Shown here in pieces: positions 47,532-57,322 of a DNA stretch of 64,000 nucleotides; position 1 is the stretch's first letter; the number at the start of each line of letters is the position of its first letter. The DNA is from a bacterium (GTDB taxonomy: Bacteria; Omnitrophota; Gorgyraeia; Zapsychrales; Zapsychraceae): contig JAUIER010000003.1 in NCBI GenBank assembly GCA_030429765.1, positions 16,402-80,401 on the forward strand, given 5' to 3'. The position numbers and the translations under genes were made by a program. Under the pieces are notes generated by a model. The model searched no databases and was not told the origin of the DNA. It saw only the letters and a list, made by a program, of their open reading frames with translations.

Positions 47532-48698
47532 GTGAAAGGTACTTATTTCTTTACATCGGAATCTGTTGGAAAAGGTCATCCTGATAAGGTCAGTGATCAG
47601 GTGTCGGATGCAATTTTGGATGCTTGTTTAACCGGTGATCCAAACAGTCGAGTCGCGTGCGAAACATTTGTATGCCATGGAAAGCTAATTGTCGGAGGGG
47701 AGATCACGACACAATCCAAATTTGATGTGGAAGCGATCTGCCGGGACGTCCTCAATGATATCGGATATATTGACAAAAAATTCGGATTTGATGTGAACAA
47801 TTGCGAGATTCAAAACGCGATTAACACCCAATCACCAGACATTTCTCAGGGAGTTGACACGGGCGGTGCGGGTGATCAGGGAATTATGTTCGGTTACGCG
47901 TGTGATGAAACCGAAGAACTTATGCCGTTGGCAATCATGCTGGCGCACAAACTTGTGGCCCGGGTTGATGAAGTCCGTCGATCCGGTGAACTACCTTACC
48001 TAGGGCCTGACTGTAAGAGCCAGGTGACAATCGAATACAAAGATGGTGAACCTCAAAGAGTCGATGCCGTTGTTTTGGCGTGTCAACATACCGAGGATAT
48101 CGTGGATGAGTCCGGAGCGCGCATCACAGACAAGGCGCGTCAGGAAATTATCGACACGATTGCTAAACCGATTGTCGGTAAACTAGCGGATGAAAACACC
48201 AAATACTTTATCAACGAAACCGGTAAATTCGTCGTTGGTGGACCACAGGGTGACACCGGTTTGACAGGACGAAAGATCGTCGTTGATACATACGGTGGTT
48301 ACGTCGCGCACGGAGGAGGAGCCTTCTCCGGAAAAGACTGTACTAAGGTAGACCGATCAGCCACATATATGACTCGGTACGTGACCAAGAATATCGTTGC
48401 CGCCAAGCTGGCGCGAAAATGTATGGTCCAGTTGAGTTACGCAATCGGATATCCAGAACCGATCAGCATCTATGTAGACACGTACGGCACAGGGAAAGTT
48501 TCGGATGAGCAATTGGTTGAATTGATCCGTAAAAACTTCGACCTGACTCCAAAAGGAATCATCGAACAACTAGACCTTCGCAGTCCGAACTTCCTGAAGA
48601 CAGCTGCTTTCGGGCACTTCGGGCGCGACGGATTCACATGGGAACGCACGGATAAAGCTGCCGCCTTGGAAAAAGATGCGGCTGCGCTGGCGTCCTAA
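47532..48698 (+). CDS. metK: S-adenosylmethionine synthetase
   Basis: [27 protein letters not shown] ... [19 protein letters not shown]. The start is GTG 47532, preceded by an aaagggagg RBS. The listed ATG 47502 is unlikely. Confidence 0.95.
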   Translation: MKGTYFFTSESVGKGHPDKVSDQVSDAILDACLTGDPNSRVACETFVCHGKLIVGGEITTQSKFDVEAICRDVLNDIGYIDKKFGFDVNNCEIQNAINTQSPDISQGVDTGGAGDQGIMFGYACDETEELMPLAIMLAHKLVARVDEVRRSGELPYLGPDCKSQVTIEYKDGEPQRVDAVVLACQHTEDIVDESGARITDKARQEIIDTIAKPIVGKLADENTKYFINETGKFVVGGPQGDTGLTGRKIVVDTYGGYVAHGGGAFSGKDCTKVDRSATYMTRYVTKNIVAAKLARKCMVQLSYAIGYPEPISIYVDTYGTGKVSDEQLVELIRKNFDLTPKGIIEQLDLRSPNFLKTAAFGHFGRDGFTWERTDKAAALEKDAAALAS

Positions 48699-48711
48699 GG
48701 GAGAGATATTT

Positions 48712-50052
48712 ATGGAAACGATTACAAACAAGAGTGGAGAATCCATGACTAATTCAACACAGGATTACAAGGTTAAAGATATATCGTTAGCCGATTTCGG
48801 GCGCAAAGAGATTCGGATTGCCGAAGCCGAAATGCCCGGACTAATGGCTATTCGAGATGAATACAAGGCCGAGCAGCCGCTGAAAGGCGCGCGCATCGCT
48901 GGTTGTATCCATATGACCATTCAAACAGCTGTTTTGATCGAAGCGCTGGTGGCGCTCGGGGCTGAGGTCAGATGGTCATCATGTAACATTTTTTCAACGC
49001 AGGATCACGCGGCGGCGGCAATTGCGGCGGCCGGCATTCCGGTATTCGCCTGGAAAGGTGAGACCGAAGAAGAATACGTCTGGTGTGTGAAGCAAACGAT
49101 CACATGGCCGGATGGTAAGGGACCAAACATGATCCTGGATGACGGTGGTGATCTGACCCAGATCATGCACGACGAATACCCGGAATTTTTGGCTGATGTC
49201 AAAGGGCTTTCGGAAGAAACGACGACCGGTGTTCACCGACTTTATGAAATGGTTGAAAAAGGGACGTTAAAAGTTCCTGCGATCAATGTCAATGACTCGG
49301 TGACAAAATCAAAGTTCGACAATCTGTATGGTTGCCGTGAGTCGTTACTCGACGGAATCAAGCGTGCCACAGACGTGATGGTCGCCGGGAAAGTATGTGT
49401 GGTGGCCGGATACGGTGATGTAGGTAAAGGGTGTGTCCAGGCGATTAAAGGTCTCGGTGGACGTATCATTGTTACAGAAATCGATCCGATCTGTGCGTTG
49501 CAGGCGGCCATGGAAGGCTATGAAGTCATGAAGATGGATGACGCCGCGAAAATCGGTGACATCTTTGTCACGACCACAGGATGCCGTGATGTCATTACCG
49601 GCAAGCATCTTGATTCCATGAAGAGTGGAGCGATTGTTTGTAACATCGGTCACTTTGATCTGGAAATCGATGTGGCCTACCTGAACAATCGAGGCGACAT
49701 CAAAAAAGATGAGATCAAGGCGCAGGTTCACGAGTATACGTATCCCGATGACAAAAAGATCATCGTTCTGGCTGAAGGTCGATTGGTCAACCTTGGATGC
49801 GCGACAGGACATCCGTCGTTTGTCATGAGTAATTCGTTCACCAATCAGGTCATGGCTCAGATTGAATTGTACAAAAATTCAGCGAACTATGAAAATCGCG
49901 TCTATGTGCTGCCCAAGCTTCTCGACGAGAAAGTGGCCCGGCTGCATTTGGCCCAGATCGGTGTGACGTTGGATACATTGACGGCTGAGCAGGCCAAGTA
50001 CCTTAACATCAAGGCCGAAGGCCCGTACAAACCTGAGCATTACCGATACTAA
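48712..50052 (+). CDS. ahcY: Adenosylhomocysteinase
   Basis: [34 protein letters not shown] ... [42 protein letters not shown]. Confidence 0.95.
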   Translation: METITNKSGESMTNSTQDYKVKDISLADFGRKEIRIAEAEMPGLMAIRDEYKAEQPLKGARIAGCIHMTIQTAVLIEALVALGAEVRWSSCNIFSTQDHAAAAIAAAGIPVFAWKGETEEEYVWCVKQTITWPDGKGPNMILDDGGDLTQIMHDEYPEFLADVKGLSEETTTGVHRLYEMVEKGTLKVPAINVNDSVTKSKFDNLYGCRESLLDGIKRATDVMVAGKVCVVAGYGDVGKGCVQAIKGLGGRIIVTEIDPICALQAAMEGYEVMKMDDAAKIGDIFVTTTGCRDVITGKHLDSMKSGAIVCNIGHFDLEIDVAYLNNRGDIKKDEIKAQVHEYTYPDDKKIIVLAEGRLVNLGCATGHPSFVMSNSFTNQVMAQIELYKNSANYENRVYVLPKLLDEKVARLHLAQIGVTLDTLTAEQAKYLNIKAEGPYKPEHYRY

Positions 50053-50058
50053 TCGTTC

Positions 50059-51042
50059 ATGAGTGTTTTTAACGATAAAAAAATCGAAAAAATCGGCATC
50101 CTAACTTCTGGTGGTGATGGGCCGGGAATGAATGCCGCCGTTCGGGCGGTCGTTCGCTGTTCATTAAACCAGGGGTTAGCTGTCGATGGAATTATGCGCG
50201 GGTATGCCGGTCTGCTTAAGGAAGAGATTATTCCTTTGGGGCATCGATCGGTATCCAATATCATCAATCGTGGCGGAACAATTCTCAAGACCGCGAGATC
50301 CAAAGAATTCGGAACACCGGAAGGCAAGAAGAAGGCCGTCCAAATCCTGAAGCAGCACAAGATTGATTGTCTGATCGTCATCGGCGGAGATGGAAGTTAC
50401 CGCGGGGCGACCGAGCTCTTTGAGGTACATGGATTCCCCACAATCGGTTTGCCGGGCACAATCGACAATGATCTGTACGGGACGGACCAAACGATCGGTT
50501 GTCACACAGCTGTGAACACGGCCTTAGAGGCGATCGACAAGATTCGTGACACAGCGCACAGTATGGAGCGTGTCTTTATCATCGAAGTGATGGGGAATAA
50601 ATCCGGATACATCGCCGCCGAGGTGGCCCTGGGTGCGGGAGCCGAAGAGGTTATCGTTCCGGAACGCAAATTTGATTTTGAAGCCATGTGTCGACACATC
50701 CGTAAAGGAAATGATCGGGGCAAGATCAGCTGGATGGTAGTCGTGGCGGAAGGCGCCGGCAAGGCCCATGAGATTGCCAGTACGGTCACGACCATGACGG
50801 GCTTAGAAACACGATTTGTTGTGCTGGGACATGTTCAGCGCGGTGGTGTCCCCAGCGGGCGCGATCGAATCCTGGCTACGCGGCTTGGCGCGGCAGCGGT
50901 AAATTTGGTGATTCGGGGAGAATTCGGTAAGGCGGTTGGGATTCTCCAGGATGAAATAAACATCATTGATTTGAAAAATGCGACTCATAAAGAGTTCAAA
51001 CATCTGGATGAATTCCGGAATCTGGTCAAGATCTTGACATAG
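50059..51042 (+). CDS. pfkA: ATP-dependent 6-phosphofructokinase
   Basis: IGILTSGGDGPGMNAAVRAVVR ... IVIGGDGSYRGA ... GLPGTIDNDL ... LGHVQRGG. Confidence 0.9.
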   Translation: MSVFNDKKIEKIGILTSGGDGPGMNAAVRAVVRCSLNQGLAVDGIMRGYAGLLKEEIIPLGHRSVSNIINRGGTILKTARSKEFGTPEGKKKAVQILKQHKIDCLIVIGGDGSYRGATELFEVHGFPTIGLPGTIDNDLYGTDQTIGCHTAVNTALEAIDKIRDTAHSMERVFIIEVMGNKSGYIAAEVALGAGAEEVIVPERKFDFEAMCRHIRKGNDRGKISWMVVVAEGAGKAHEIASTVTTMTGLETRFVVLGHVQRGGVPSGRDRILATRLGAAAVNLVIRGEFGKAVGILQDEINIIDLKNATHKEFKHLDEFRNLVKILT

Positions 51043-51080
51043 CCGGTTCATCTGAGTTAAACACGAGAGAGGTTTTTTAA

Positions 51081-52073
51081 ATGGCAAAAATTTATTATGA
51101 CAAAGACGCGGACTTAAAAGTTTATAAGAATCGGACGATTGCGATTGTCGGATATGGAATTCAGGGCCGGGGACAGGCCTTGAGTCTACGGGACAGCGGG
51201 CTGGACGTGGTCGTCGCCCAACGCAAGGGCGGTAAGAACTATGATCAGGCCAAGAAAGATAAATTCAAGCCTATCGATGCCGAAGAAGCGGCCAAGATCG
51301 CGGATGTGATCATGGTCCTGACGCAGGATCACCTACAAGGTGACATCTACAAAGATTCACTTAAAAAACACATGAAGAAAGGCAAATCATTGGCCTTTTC
51401 ACACGGTTTTAATATTCATTTTGGTCAGATCAAGCCGTCCAAAGATATCGACGTATGGATGATCGCCCCGAAAGGGCCGGGAGCATTGGTTCGACGACAA
51501 TTTGAAGAAGGTAAAGGCGTTCCGTGTCTTGTGGCGGTACATCAGGACGCGTCGAAAAAAGCGCTCAAAGATGCATTGGCCTATGCCAAAGGTATCGGTG
51601 GCGGTCGAGCCGGAATCTTTCGGACAACATTTAAAGAAGAGACAGAGACGGATCTATTCGGTGAGCAAGCAGTTCTTTGCGGTGGGGCCAGTGAGTTGAT
51701 CAAGACAGGTTTCGAGACATTGGTTGAAGCTGGATACGCGCCGGAAATGGCCTACTTTGAGTGTCTTCATGAAATGAAGCTGATCATCGATCTGATTTAT
51801 GAGGAGGGTATTGTCGGAATGCGCGAACGCGTGTCGGACACCGCCGAGTACGGCGACTATTCGCGTGGACCTCGCGTGGTTAACCAGCGAACCAAGAAAG
51901 AAATGCAGAAGATCCTCAAGGAGATTCAGTCAGGTAAGTTCGCGCGCGAGTGGATGAAGGAAAACCGTGAAGGTCGTCGACGTTTCGAAGATTACCGACG
52001 GGATGCGAAGAAGCATAAGATTGAAAAAGTAGGTGTCAAACTTCGTGACATGATGTCTTGGATGCAGAAGTAA
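51081..52073 (+). CDS. ilvC: Ketol-acid reductoisomerase
   Basis: MAKIYYDKDADLKVYKNRTIAIVGYGIQGRGQALSLRDSGLDVVV. Confidence 0.95.
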   Translation: MAKIYYDKDADLKVYKNRTIAIVGYGIQGRGQALSLRDSGLDVVVAQRKGGKNYDQAKKDKFKPIDAEEAAKIADVIMVLTQDHLQGDIYKDSLKKHMKKGKSLAFSHGFNIHFGQIKPSKDIDVWMIAPKGPGALVRRQFEEGKGVPCLVAVHQDASKKALKDALAYAKGIGGGRAGIFRTTFKEETETDLFGEQAVLCGGASELIKTGFETLVEAGYAPEMAYFECLHEMKLIIDLIYEEGIVGMRERVSDTAEYGDYSRGPRVVNQRTKKEMQKILKEIQSGKFAREWMKENREGRRRFEDYRRDAKKHKIEKVGVKLRDMMSWMQK

Positions 52074-52101
52074 GTTAGTCTCATTCAGGATTTAGCAATT
52101 T

Positions 52102-52131
52102 AAAGGGCGAGGTGAAGCAACCTCGCCCTTT
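52102..52131 (+). terminator. Hairpin terminator candidate downstream of ilvC (11-bp perfect stem, 8-nt loop)
   Basis: aaagggcgagg-tgaagcaa-cctcgcccttt, followed by an A/T-rich tail (agttatatata) rather than a pure T-run. Confidence 0.45.
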
Positions 52132-52188
52132 AGTTATATATAAGCTAGTAATATCAACACAGGAAATTTAAACAATTGAGGATGACCA

Positions 52189-53730
52189 ATGGCAAATAAT
52201 GATCGCGTATTTATATTTGATACGACCTTAAGAGACGGGGAGCAGGCTCCAGGCGCAAGTATGAATCAGAAGGAAAAGCTGGATATCGCCTTTGCCCTGG
52301 AACGCCTCGGTGTTGATATTATTGAGGCTGGATTTCCGGTAATCTCTAAAGGTGACTTTGATTCAGTACGGCTTGTCGCCGAGAATATCAAGGAATCGAC
52401 GATCTGCGGATTGGCACGCTCAATCAAAAAGGATATAGATGCAGCCGCCGAGGCCCTTCAATCGGCCAAGCAAAAGCGGATCCATGTATTTCTGGCCACA
52501 TCCAAGATTCATATGGAGCACAAGTTCAAGAAATCTCAGGAACAGATCCTGCAAATGGCCGTCGATGCCGTCAAATATGCCAAGAGCAAGGTCGATGACG
52601 TCGAGTTTTCTCCGGAGGATGCATCACGTTCTGATCGTGATTTTATCTTCAAGGTTCTTGAGGAAGTGATCAAGGTTGGCGCGACAACGGTCAATATTCC
52701 TGACACCGTCGGTTACGCGATGCCGGCCGAGTACGGCGGTTTGATTGAAGCCATACGCAATAATGTTCCGAACATCGATAAGGCCGTGATCTCGACACAC
52801 TGTCATGATGACCTGGGTGTCGCCGTCGCCAATTCATTGGCCGCCGTCACACGCGGCGCGCGTCAGGTTGAGTGCACCATCAATGGTATCGGTGAGCGCG
52901 CGGGTAATGCGTCCATGGAAGAAGTGGTGATGGCGATTAATACCCGCAGTGATTTCTACGGACTGAAAACGGGGATCAAGACACGTGAATTTTTACGGAC
53001 GTCCCATCTTGTCAGTAAATACACCGGCTTTACGGTTCCGCCTAACAAGGCTATTGTGGGCAGCAACGCCTTTCGTCACGAGTCCGGGATTCATCAGGAC
53101 GGCATCTTGAAGGAACGTTCCACGTACGAAATTATGCAGCCGGAAGATGTGGGTTACGTCGGGACCGGACTTGTGCTTGGTAAACACTCGGGACGTCACG
53201 CGTTCAAAGATCGGCTTCGGGAACTAGGCATTGTCTTGAGCGACGAGGATTTAGACAAGGCCTTCGGGCGATTCAAGAATGTGGCTGACAAAAAGAAACA
53301 GGTCTTTGATGAAGATCTTATCGCCATTGTTGACGATGAAGTGCATACCTTTCAGGAAACATGGCATCTTGACAGTATAACGTTGCAAAGCGGAACCAAT
53401 ATTCCATCAAAAGTGTCTGTGACATTAAAATCTGACGGGCAGACCCACCAGAAAGAAGTGGTCGGCGAGGGGCCGGTGGATACGTGTTACAAGGCCATCG
53501 ACGCATTGACGAATGTTAAAGGTGAGTTGATGGATTACTCTATCCGTTCAGTGTCGCGGGGGAAAGACGCGTTGGGTGAGGTGTCGGTCAAGGTCAAGTT
53601 TAAGGGCAAGGGACAAACCATCATCGCCCACGGAACCAGTACGGATATCCTTGAGGCGTCAGCCAAGGCCTACGTGAACGCGCTGAATAAATTGTTGTCG
53701 CAAGAAGCCAACCGAAAGAAAAATTCGTAA
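52189..53730 (+). CDS. leuA: 2-isopropylmalate synthase (could also be citramalate synthase; the two cannot be separated by eye)
   Basis: RVFIFDTTLRDGEQAPGASM ... HCHDDLGVAVANSLAAV ... a C-terminal LeuA-dimer-like domain. ilvC is adjacent. Confidence 0.8.
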   Translation: MANNDRVFIFDTTLRDGEQAPGASMNQKEKLDIAFALERLGVDIIEAGFPVISKGDFDSVRLVAENIKESTICGLARSIKKDIDAAAEALQSAKQKRIHVFLATSKIHMEHKFKKSQEQILQMAVDAVKYAKSKVDDVEFSPEDASRSDRDFIFKVLEEVIKVGATTVNIPDTVGYAMPAEYGGLIEAIRNNVPNIDKAVISTHCHDDLGVAVANSLAAVTRGARQVECTINGIGERAGNASMEEVVMAINTRSDFYGLKTGIKTREFLRTSHLVSKYTGFTVPPNKAIVGSNAFRHESGIHQDGILKERSTYEIMQPEDVGYVGTGLVLGKHSGRHAFKDRLRELGIVLSDEDLDKAFGRFKNVADKKKQVFDEDLIAIVDDEVHTFQETWHLDSITLQSGTNIPSKVSVTLKSDGQTHQKEVVGEGPVDTCYKAIDALTNVKGELMDYSIRSVSRGKDALGEVSVKVKFKGKGQTIIAHGTSTDILEASAKAYVNALNKLLSQEANRKKNS

Positions 53731-54602
53731 TGCAAGACGCTTCCAAAGCTATTTATGGAATAATCGGAAATCCGGTCAAGCACAGTCTGTCTCCGATTAT
53801 GCACAACACCGCGTTTAAGGAATTAGATGTAAACGCGGAGTACCGGTTGTTTCCGTTGGAAGAATTTGAACTGGTTGATTTTTTCAAGGAACTTAAATCC
53901 GATCAGTGCCCGATCTTTGGTTTGAACGTGACGGTTCCCTACAAAGAGAAGGTCATGGGTTATATGGACAGTTTTTCTCCATTGGCCCAGAAGCTCGGGG
54001 CTGTCAATACGATCATGATCAATAAAGAACGTAAATTGATCGGATATAATACCGACGCGCCCGGGTTTATTTCGCATCTCACCGAGCTTAATTTTAATCC
54101 GGAAGGCAAGCGGATTGCGATTTTGGGATCAGGTGGGTCTTGCCGGGCGATCCTCGGAACATTATGCATGCTGCCCGAACGGCCGGAGTCGATTCGAATT
54201 TACAACCGGACCACATCCCGCTTGAACGATCTGATCAAGGATTTGGGTGAGCGTATCGATCTGAGTATCGTTGAGATGGTGTACAGCGTCGACGATCTGA
54301 ATATCGAGCTGGCCGACCTGCTGATCAATACAACATCCGTCGGCCTCAAACCCGAGGACCCGATATTAGTTGAAGAAGATATGTTACACGCGTCACTTTT
54401 GGTGTATGATTTAATCTACCGGCCCAAGGCCACCGAGTTGTTGCGGATGGCGCAGGATCGGGGGGCGCAGACGGCGAACGGACTCAATATGCTGTTTTAT
54501 CAAGGCGTGTTGTCGTTCCAGCGCTGGGCAAATATGGAATTGCCCGAAGAGATTAAAACAAAGATGTTGAATGCCATTGAAAGGGCACTCGATAGTGACT
54601 GA
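53730..54602 (+). CDS. aroE: Shikimate dehydrogenase
   Basis: IYGIIGNPVKHSLSPIMHNTAFKELDVNAEY ... GLNVTVPYKEKV ... ILGSGGSCRAI. Confidence 0.85.
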   Translation: MQDASKAIYGIIGNPVKHSLSPIMHNTAFKELDVNAEYRLFPLEEFELVDFFKELKSDQCPIFGLNVTVPYKEKVMGYMDSFSPLAQKLGAVNTIMINKERKLIGYNTDAPGFISHLTELNFNPEGKRIAILGSGGSCRAILGTLCMLPERPESIRIYNRTTSRLNDLIKDLGERIDLSIVEMVYSVDDLNIELADLLINTTSVGLKPEDPILVEEDMLHASLLVYDLIYRPKATELLRMAQDRGAQTANGLNMLFYQGVLSFQRWANMELPEEIKTKMLNAIERALDSD

Positions 54603-55632
54603 AGTTCACATTTTGTCGTTCGTATTTTTTATTTTCGGAATCTGTTTCGGCAGCTTTCTCAATGTCTGTATCGTGCGTTGGCCACATGAGCGCTCGGTGG
54701 TCAAACCCCGGTCAAGCTGTGTGGCGTGTAAAACACCCATCGCCTGGTACGACAATATTCCCTTGGTCAGCTATGTGCTGTTGGGCGGTAAGTGCCGGCA
54801 CTGTCAGGCCAAATTTTCCTTCCTGTACTTTTTCATTGAATTATTGACCGGTATCACGTTTGTCCTGTTTTATTTGTATTACGGGCTGGATATTGTCCTG
54901 GTTCCGTATCTGTTTATGGTCTGCTGTTTTATTATCGCTACATTTGTTGACTTTGGACATCGAATCATTCCGGACGAAGTCAGTCTCGGAGGGTTGGCCT
55001 TTGGTGTGGGTTTCAGTCTGTTGATTCCGCAGTTGCACACAATGGATGACGCCACCTTGGCGATGGGACGGATCTTTATGCGAATCCTGATCGGAGCGAT
55101 AATTGTGATTCATGCCCTGGATTATGCCTGGCACAAGTTCCGCGAATCACGCGGTATGGATGTCGGCGAAGAAGAGGAAGGGTTTGATCTGTGGACGGCG
55201 GTCGTGGTCTTCAGCGCGCTGGGATTTGACCTGCTAATCGACTATGGTCGAGGTTTTTTGGAGGCGTCGGCCTTAAGCGCGTGGTTGCCGAATCTATTGA
55301 GCCTGGATGCGGCGGTGATCGGCTTTATGGTCGGCGGCGGATCGATCTACGCGATGGGACTGCTGGGTGATTTCCTTTTTCGCAAAGAGTCAATGGGCGG
55401 CGGTGATGTGAAGCTATTGGCGATGGCCGGCGCGTTCCTGGGCTGGAAGGCCTCGATCCTGGCCTTTTTCATCGCTCCATTTTTCGGCGCTGTGTTCGGA
55501 GTGGTCGAGAAGATCCGCACCAAAGACACCACCATTGCCTACGGCCCCTTTTTGGTCGCCGGATGCCTGATCGCATTGTTCTGGCAAAATCAGATCATTG
55601 AGTATATAATGGGATTATACGGTTTCCGGTAA
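54571..55632 (+). CDS. pilD: Prepilin (type IV leader) peptidase, A24 family
   Basis: Zinc ribbon CVACKTPIAWYDNIPLVSYVLLGGKCRHCQAK. Catalytic-Asp region MGGGDVKLLAMAGAFLGW. The start could be ATG 54571 (32-nt overlap with aroE), TTG 54577 or GTG 54595. Confidence 0.8.
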   Translation: MPLKGHSIVTEVHILSFVFFIFGICFGSFLNVCIVRWPHERSVVKPRSSCVACKTPIAWYDNIPLVSYVLLGGKCRHCQAKFSFLYFFIELLTGITFVLFYLYYGLDIVLVPYLFMVCCFIIATFVDFGHRIIPDEVSLGGLAFGVGFSLLIPQLHTMDDATLAMGRIFMRILIGAIIVIHALDYAWHKFRESRGMDVGEEEEGFDLWTAVVVFSALGFDLLIDYGRGFLEASALSAWLPNLLSLDAAVIGFMVGGGSIYAMGLLGDFLFRKESMGGGDVKLLAMAGAFLGWKASILAFFIAPFFGAVFGVVEKIRTKDTTIAYGPFLVAGCLIALFWQNQIIEYIMGLYGFR

Positions 55633-55694
55633 ACCCATTCCCCTTTAGTCATTCCCCTTTTCATAAATACCTAAATTACAAGCACTTGTCAAAA

Positions 55695-55723
55695 TTGACA
55701 GCCAAATTGGCATATGTTAGAAT
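55695..55723 (+). promoter_or_regulatory. Sigma70 promoter candidate (TTGACA - 17 nt - TAGAAT) ending 5 nt before the probable aroK ATG, which implies a leaderless or near-leaderless transcript
   Basis: ttgaca at 55695..55700, a 17-nt spacer, tagaat at 55718..55723. The palindrome tgtcaaaattgaca (55687..55700) overlaps the -35 element. The listed ATG 55714 lies inside the spacer. Confidence 0.4.
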
Positions 55724-55728
55724 CCAGC

Positions 55729-56244
55729 ATGTCTACCAACAAAAATATTGTGATGATCGGTTTCATGGCTAGCGGTAAATCCTTGATTTCAAGGAGTTTA
55801 GCAAAGAAAATGAACCGAAATGTGGTGTCGACCGACCAGCTGATCGAGCAGCGTGAGGGATGTTCAATTAAAGAAATTTTCGCGCAACAGGGTGAGGCCT
55901 ATTTTCGTCGCGTCGAAGCGGATGTAGTGGCCGAACTGGCTCAGCGCGAGGGGATCATCATCGATTGCGGCGGAGGTGTGATACTGAACCCGGACAATGT
56001 GGCCCATCTGAAACACAATGGGGTTTTGGTTCATTTGAATATCGACCCCCACATCGTGGCTGATCGGGTCAAGGCCTCCGATAAACGGCCGCTGTTGAAT
56101 GTGGACGATGTCCTGGAAACGGTCGTGCGGATGATGGACGAACGTGCGCCGTATTACGCGCAGGCCGATATTTCGGTCGATGTGTCAGGGTTGGAACCTG
56201 ATGAAGCGGCCGATCAAATACAGGAGCGCATGCAAAATGTCTGA
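55729..56244 (+). CDS. aroK: Shikimate kinase
   Basis: NIVMIGFMASGKSLISRSLAKKMNRNVVSTDQLIEQREGCSIKEIF. ATG 55729 was chosen because of the upstream promoter. Confidence 0.85.
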   Translation: MSTNKNIVMIGFMASGKSLISRSLAKKMNRNVVSTDQLIEQREGCSIKEIFAQQGEAYFRRVEADVVAELAQREGIIIDCGGGVILNPDNVAHLKHNGVLVHLNIDPHIVADRVKASDKRPLLNVDDVLETVVRMMDERAPYYAQADISVDVSGLEPDEAADQIQERMQNV

Positions 56245-57322
56245 GACGGAAGCGTTAATGATCTTGAACGCGATCGATGGTCTATCGAATCGGCGTGTTC
56301 ACCAGCTTATCCAGACGTATGGAAGCGGATTGGACATCCTTAAACTAAACGCGAATGACTGGCGGGAGATCAAGGGCATCAAGGAACAGACAATTTCGCG
56401 GATTATGGACTTTCCGCGCGACAAATTTCTCAGAAATGAATATGAATTTGCGGGCAATAATACTAGAATAATCAAATATACTGACGACGAGTACAGTCCG
56501 TATCTGCGGCAAATCGCCGATGCGCCGGTCGTGCTTTATGTTCAGGGTCAGTTGCCCGAGCATCACCGGTCACATCTGGCCATCGTGGGTTCACGGCGGG
56601 CGTCGTTATACGGGTTGAGCATCGCGGAAAAGTTTGCCATGCGTTTGTCAGAGCGCGGTATATGTGTTGTCTCCGGATTGGCGCGGGGGATTGATACCGC
56701 GGCGCATCGGGGTTCCGTGCGGGCCTGCGGTCCCTCAGTGGGTGTGTTGGGCTGCGGGTTAAGTGTCCAGTATCCCCGGGAAAATCAGGATTTACGCGAG
56801 CGGATGCTGGAATTCGGAGCGGTGGTTTCGGAATTTCCCATGCAAACACAGCCGTTGCCCTACAATTTTCCCCGTCGGAACCGGATTGTAAGTGGTTTAT
56901 CTTTAGGGGTGATTGTCGTGGAGGCCGCTTTAAAAAGCGGCGCGCTGATCACGGCAGATTTCGCTCTTGAGCAGGGACGCGAAGTTTACGCGGTGCCCGG
57001 TCCCGTTGATTCACCCAATTCCCGGGGCGTCCACGCGTTGGTCCGACAGGGAGCGCAGTTAGTGACATCGATCGACGAGATCCTTGAGGAATATGAAGAT
57101 CGTATGTGCGAGGCCGAACAACAATCATCGCCCGCGGCGGATCGGCCTCATTTGTCAGAAGACGAGAATCATCTGTATCAGTTTGTAACGGATAAACCGA
57201 TTCACATCGATGAACTGGTTTCATTGTCACAAACAGACATCTCCACAGCAACAACATTGCTATTTCAAATGGAATTGAAAAATCATATCAAACAGCTACC
57301 CGGAAAGAGGTTTAAACGTTAA
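56237..57322 (+). CDS. dprA: DNA-processing protein A (Smf)
   Basis: LAIVGSRRASLYGLSIAEKFAMRLSERGICVVSGLARGIDTAAHRGS. ATG 56237 overlaps the aroK stop by 8 nt. Confidence 0.85.
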   Translation: MSETEALMILNAIDGLSNRRVHQLIQTYGSGLDILKLNANDWREIKGIKEQTISRIMDFPRDKFLRNEYEFAGNNTRIIKYTDDEYSPYLRQIADAPVVLYVQGQLPEHHRSHLAIVGSRRASLYGLSIAEKFAMRLSERGICVVSGLARGIDTAAHRGSVRACGPSVGVLGCGLSVQYPRENQDLRERMLEFGAVVSEFPMQTQPLPYNFPRRNRIVSGLSLGVIVVEAALKSGALITADFALEQGREVYAVPGPVDSPNSRGVHALVRQGAQLVTSIDEILEEYEDRMCEAEQQSSPAADRPHLSEDENHLYQFVTDKPIHIDELVSLSQTDISTATTLLFQMELKNHIKQLPGKRFKR

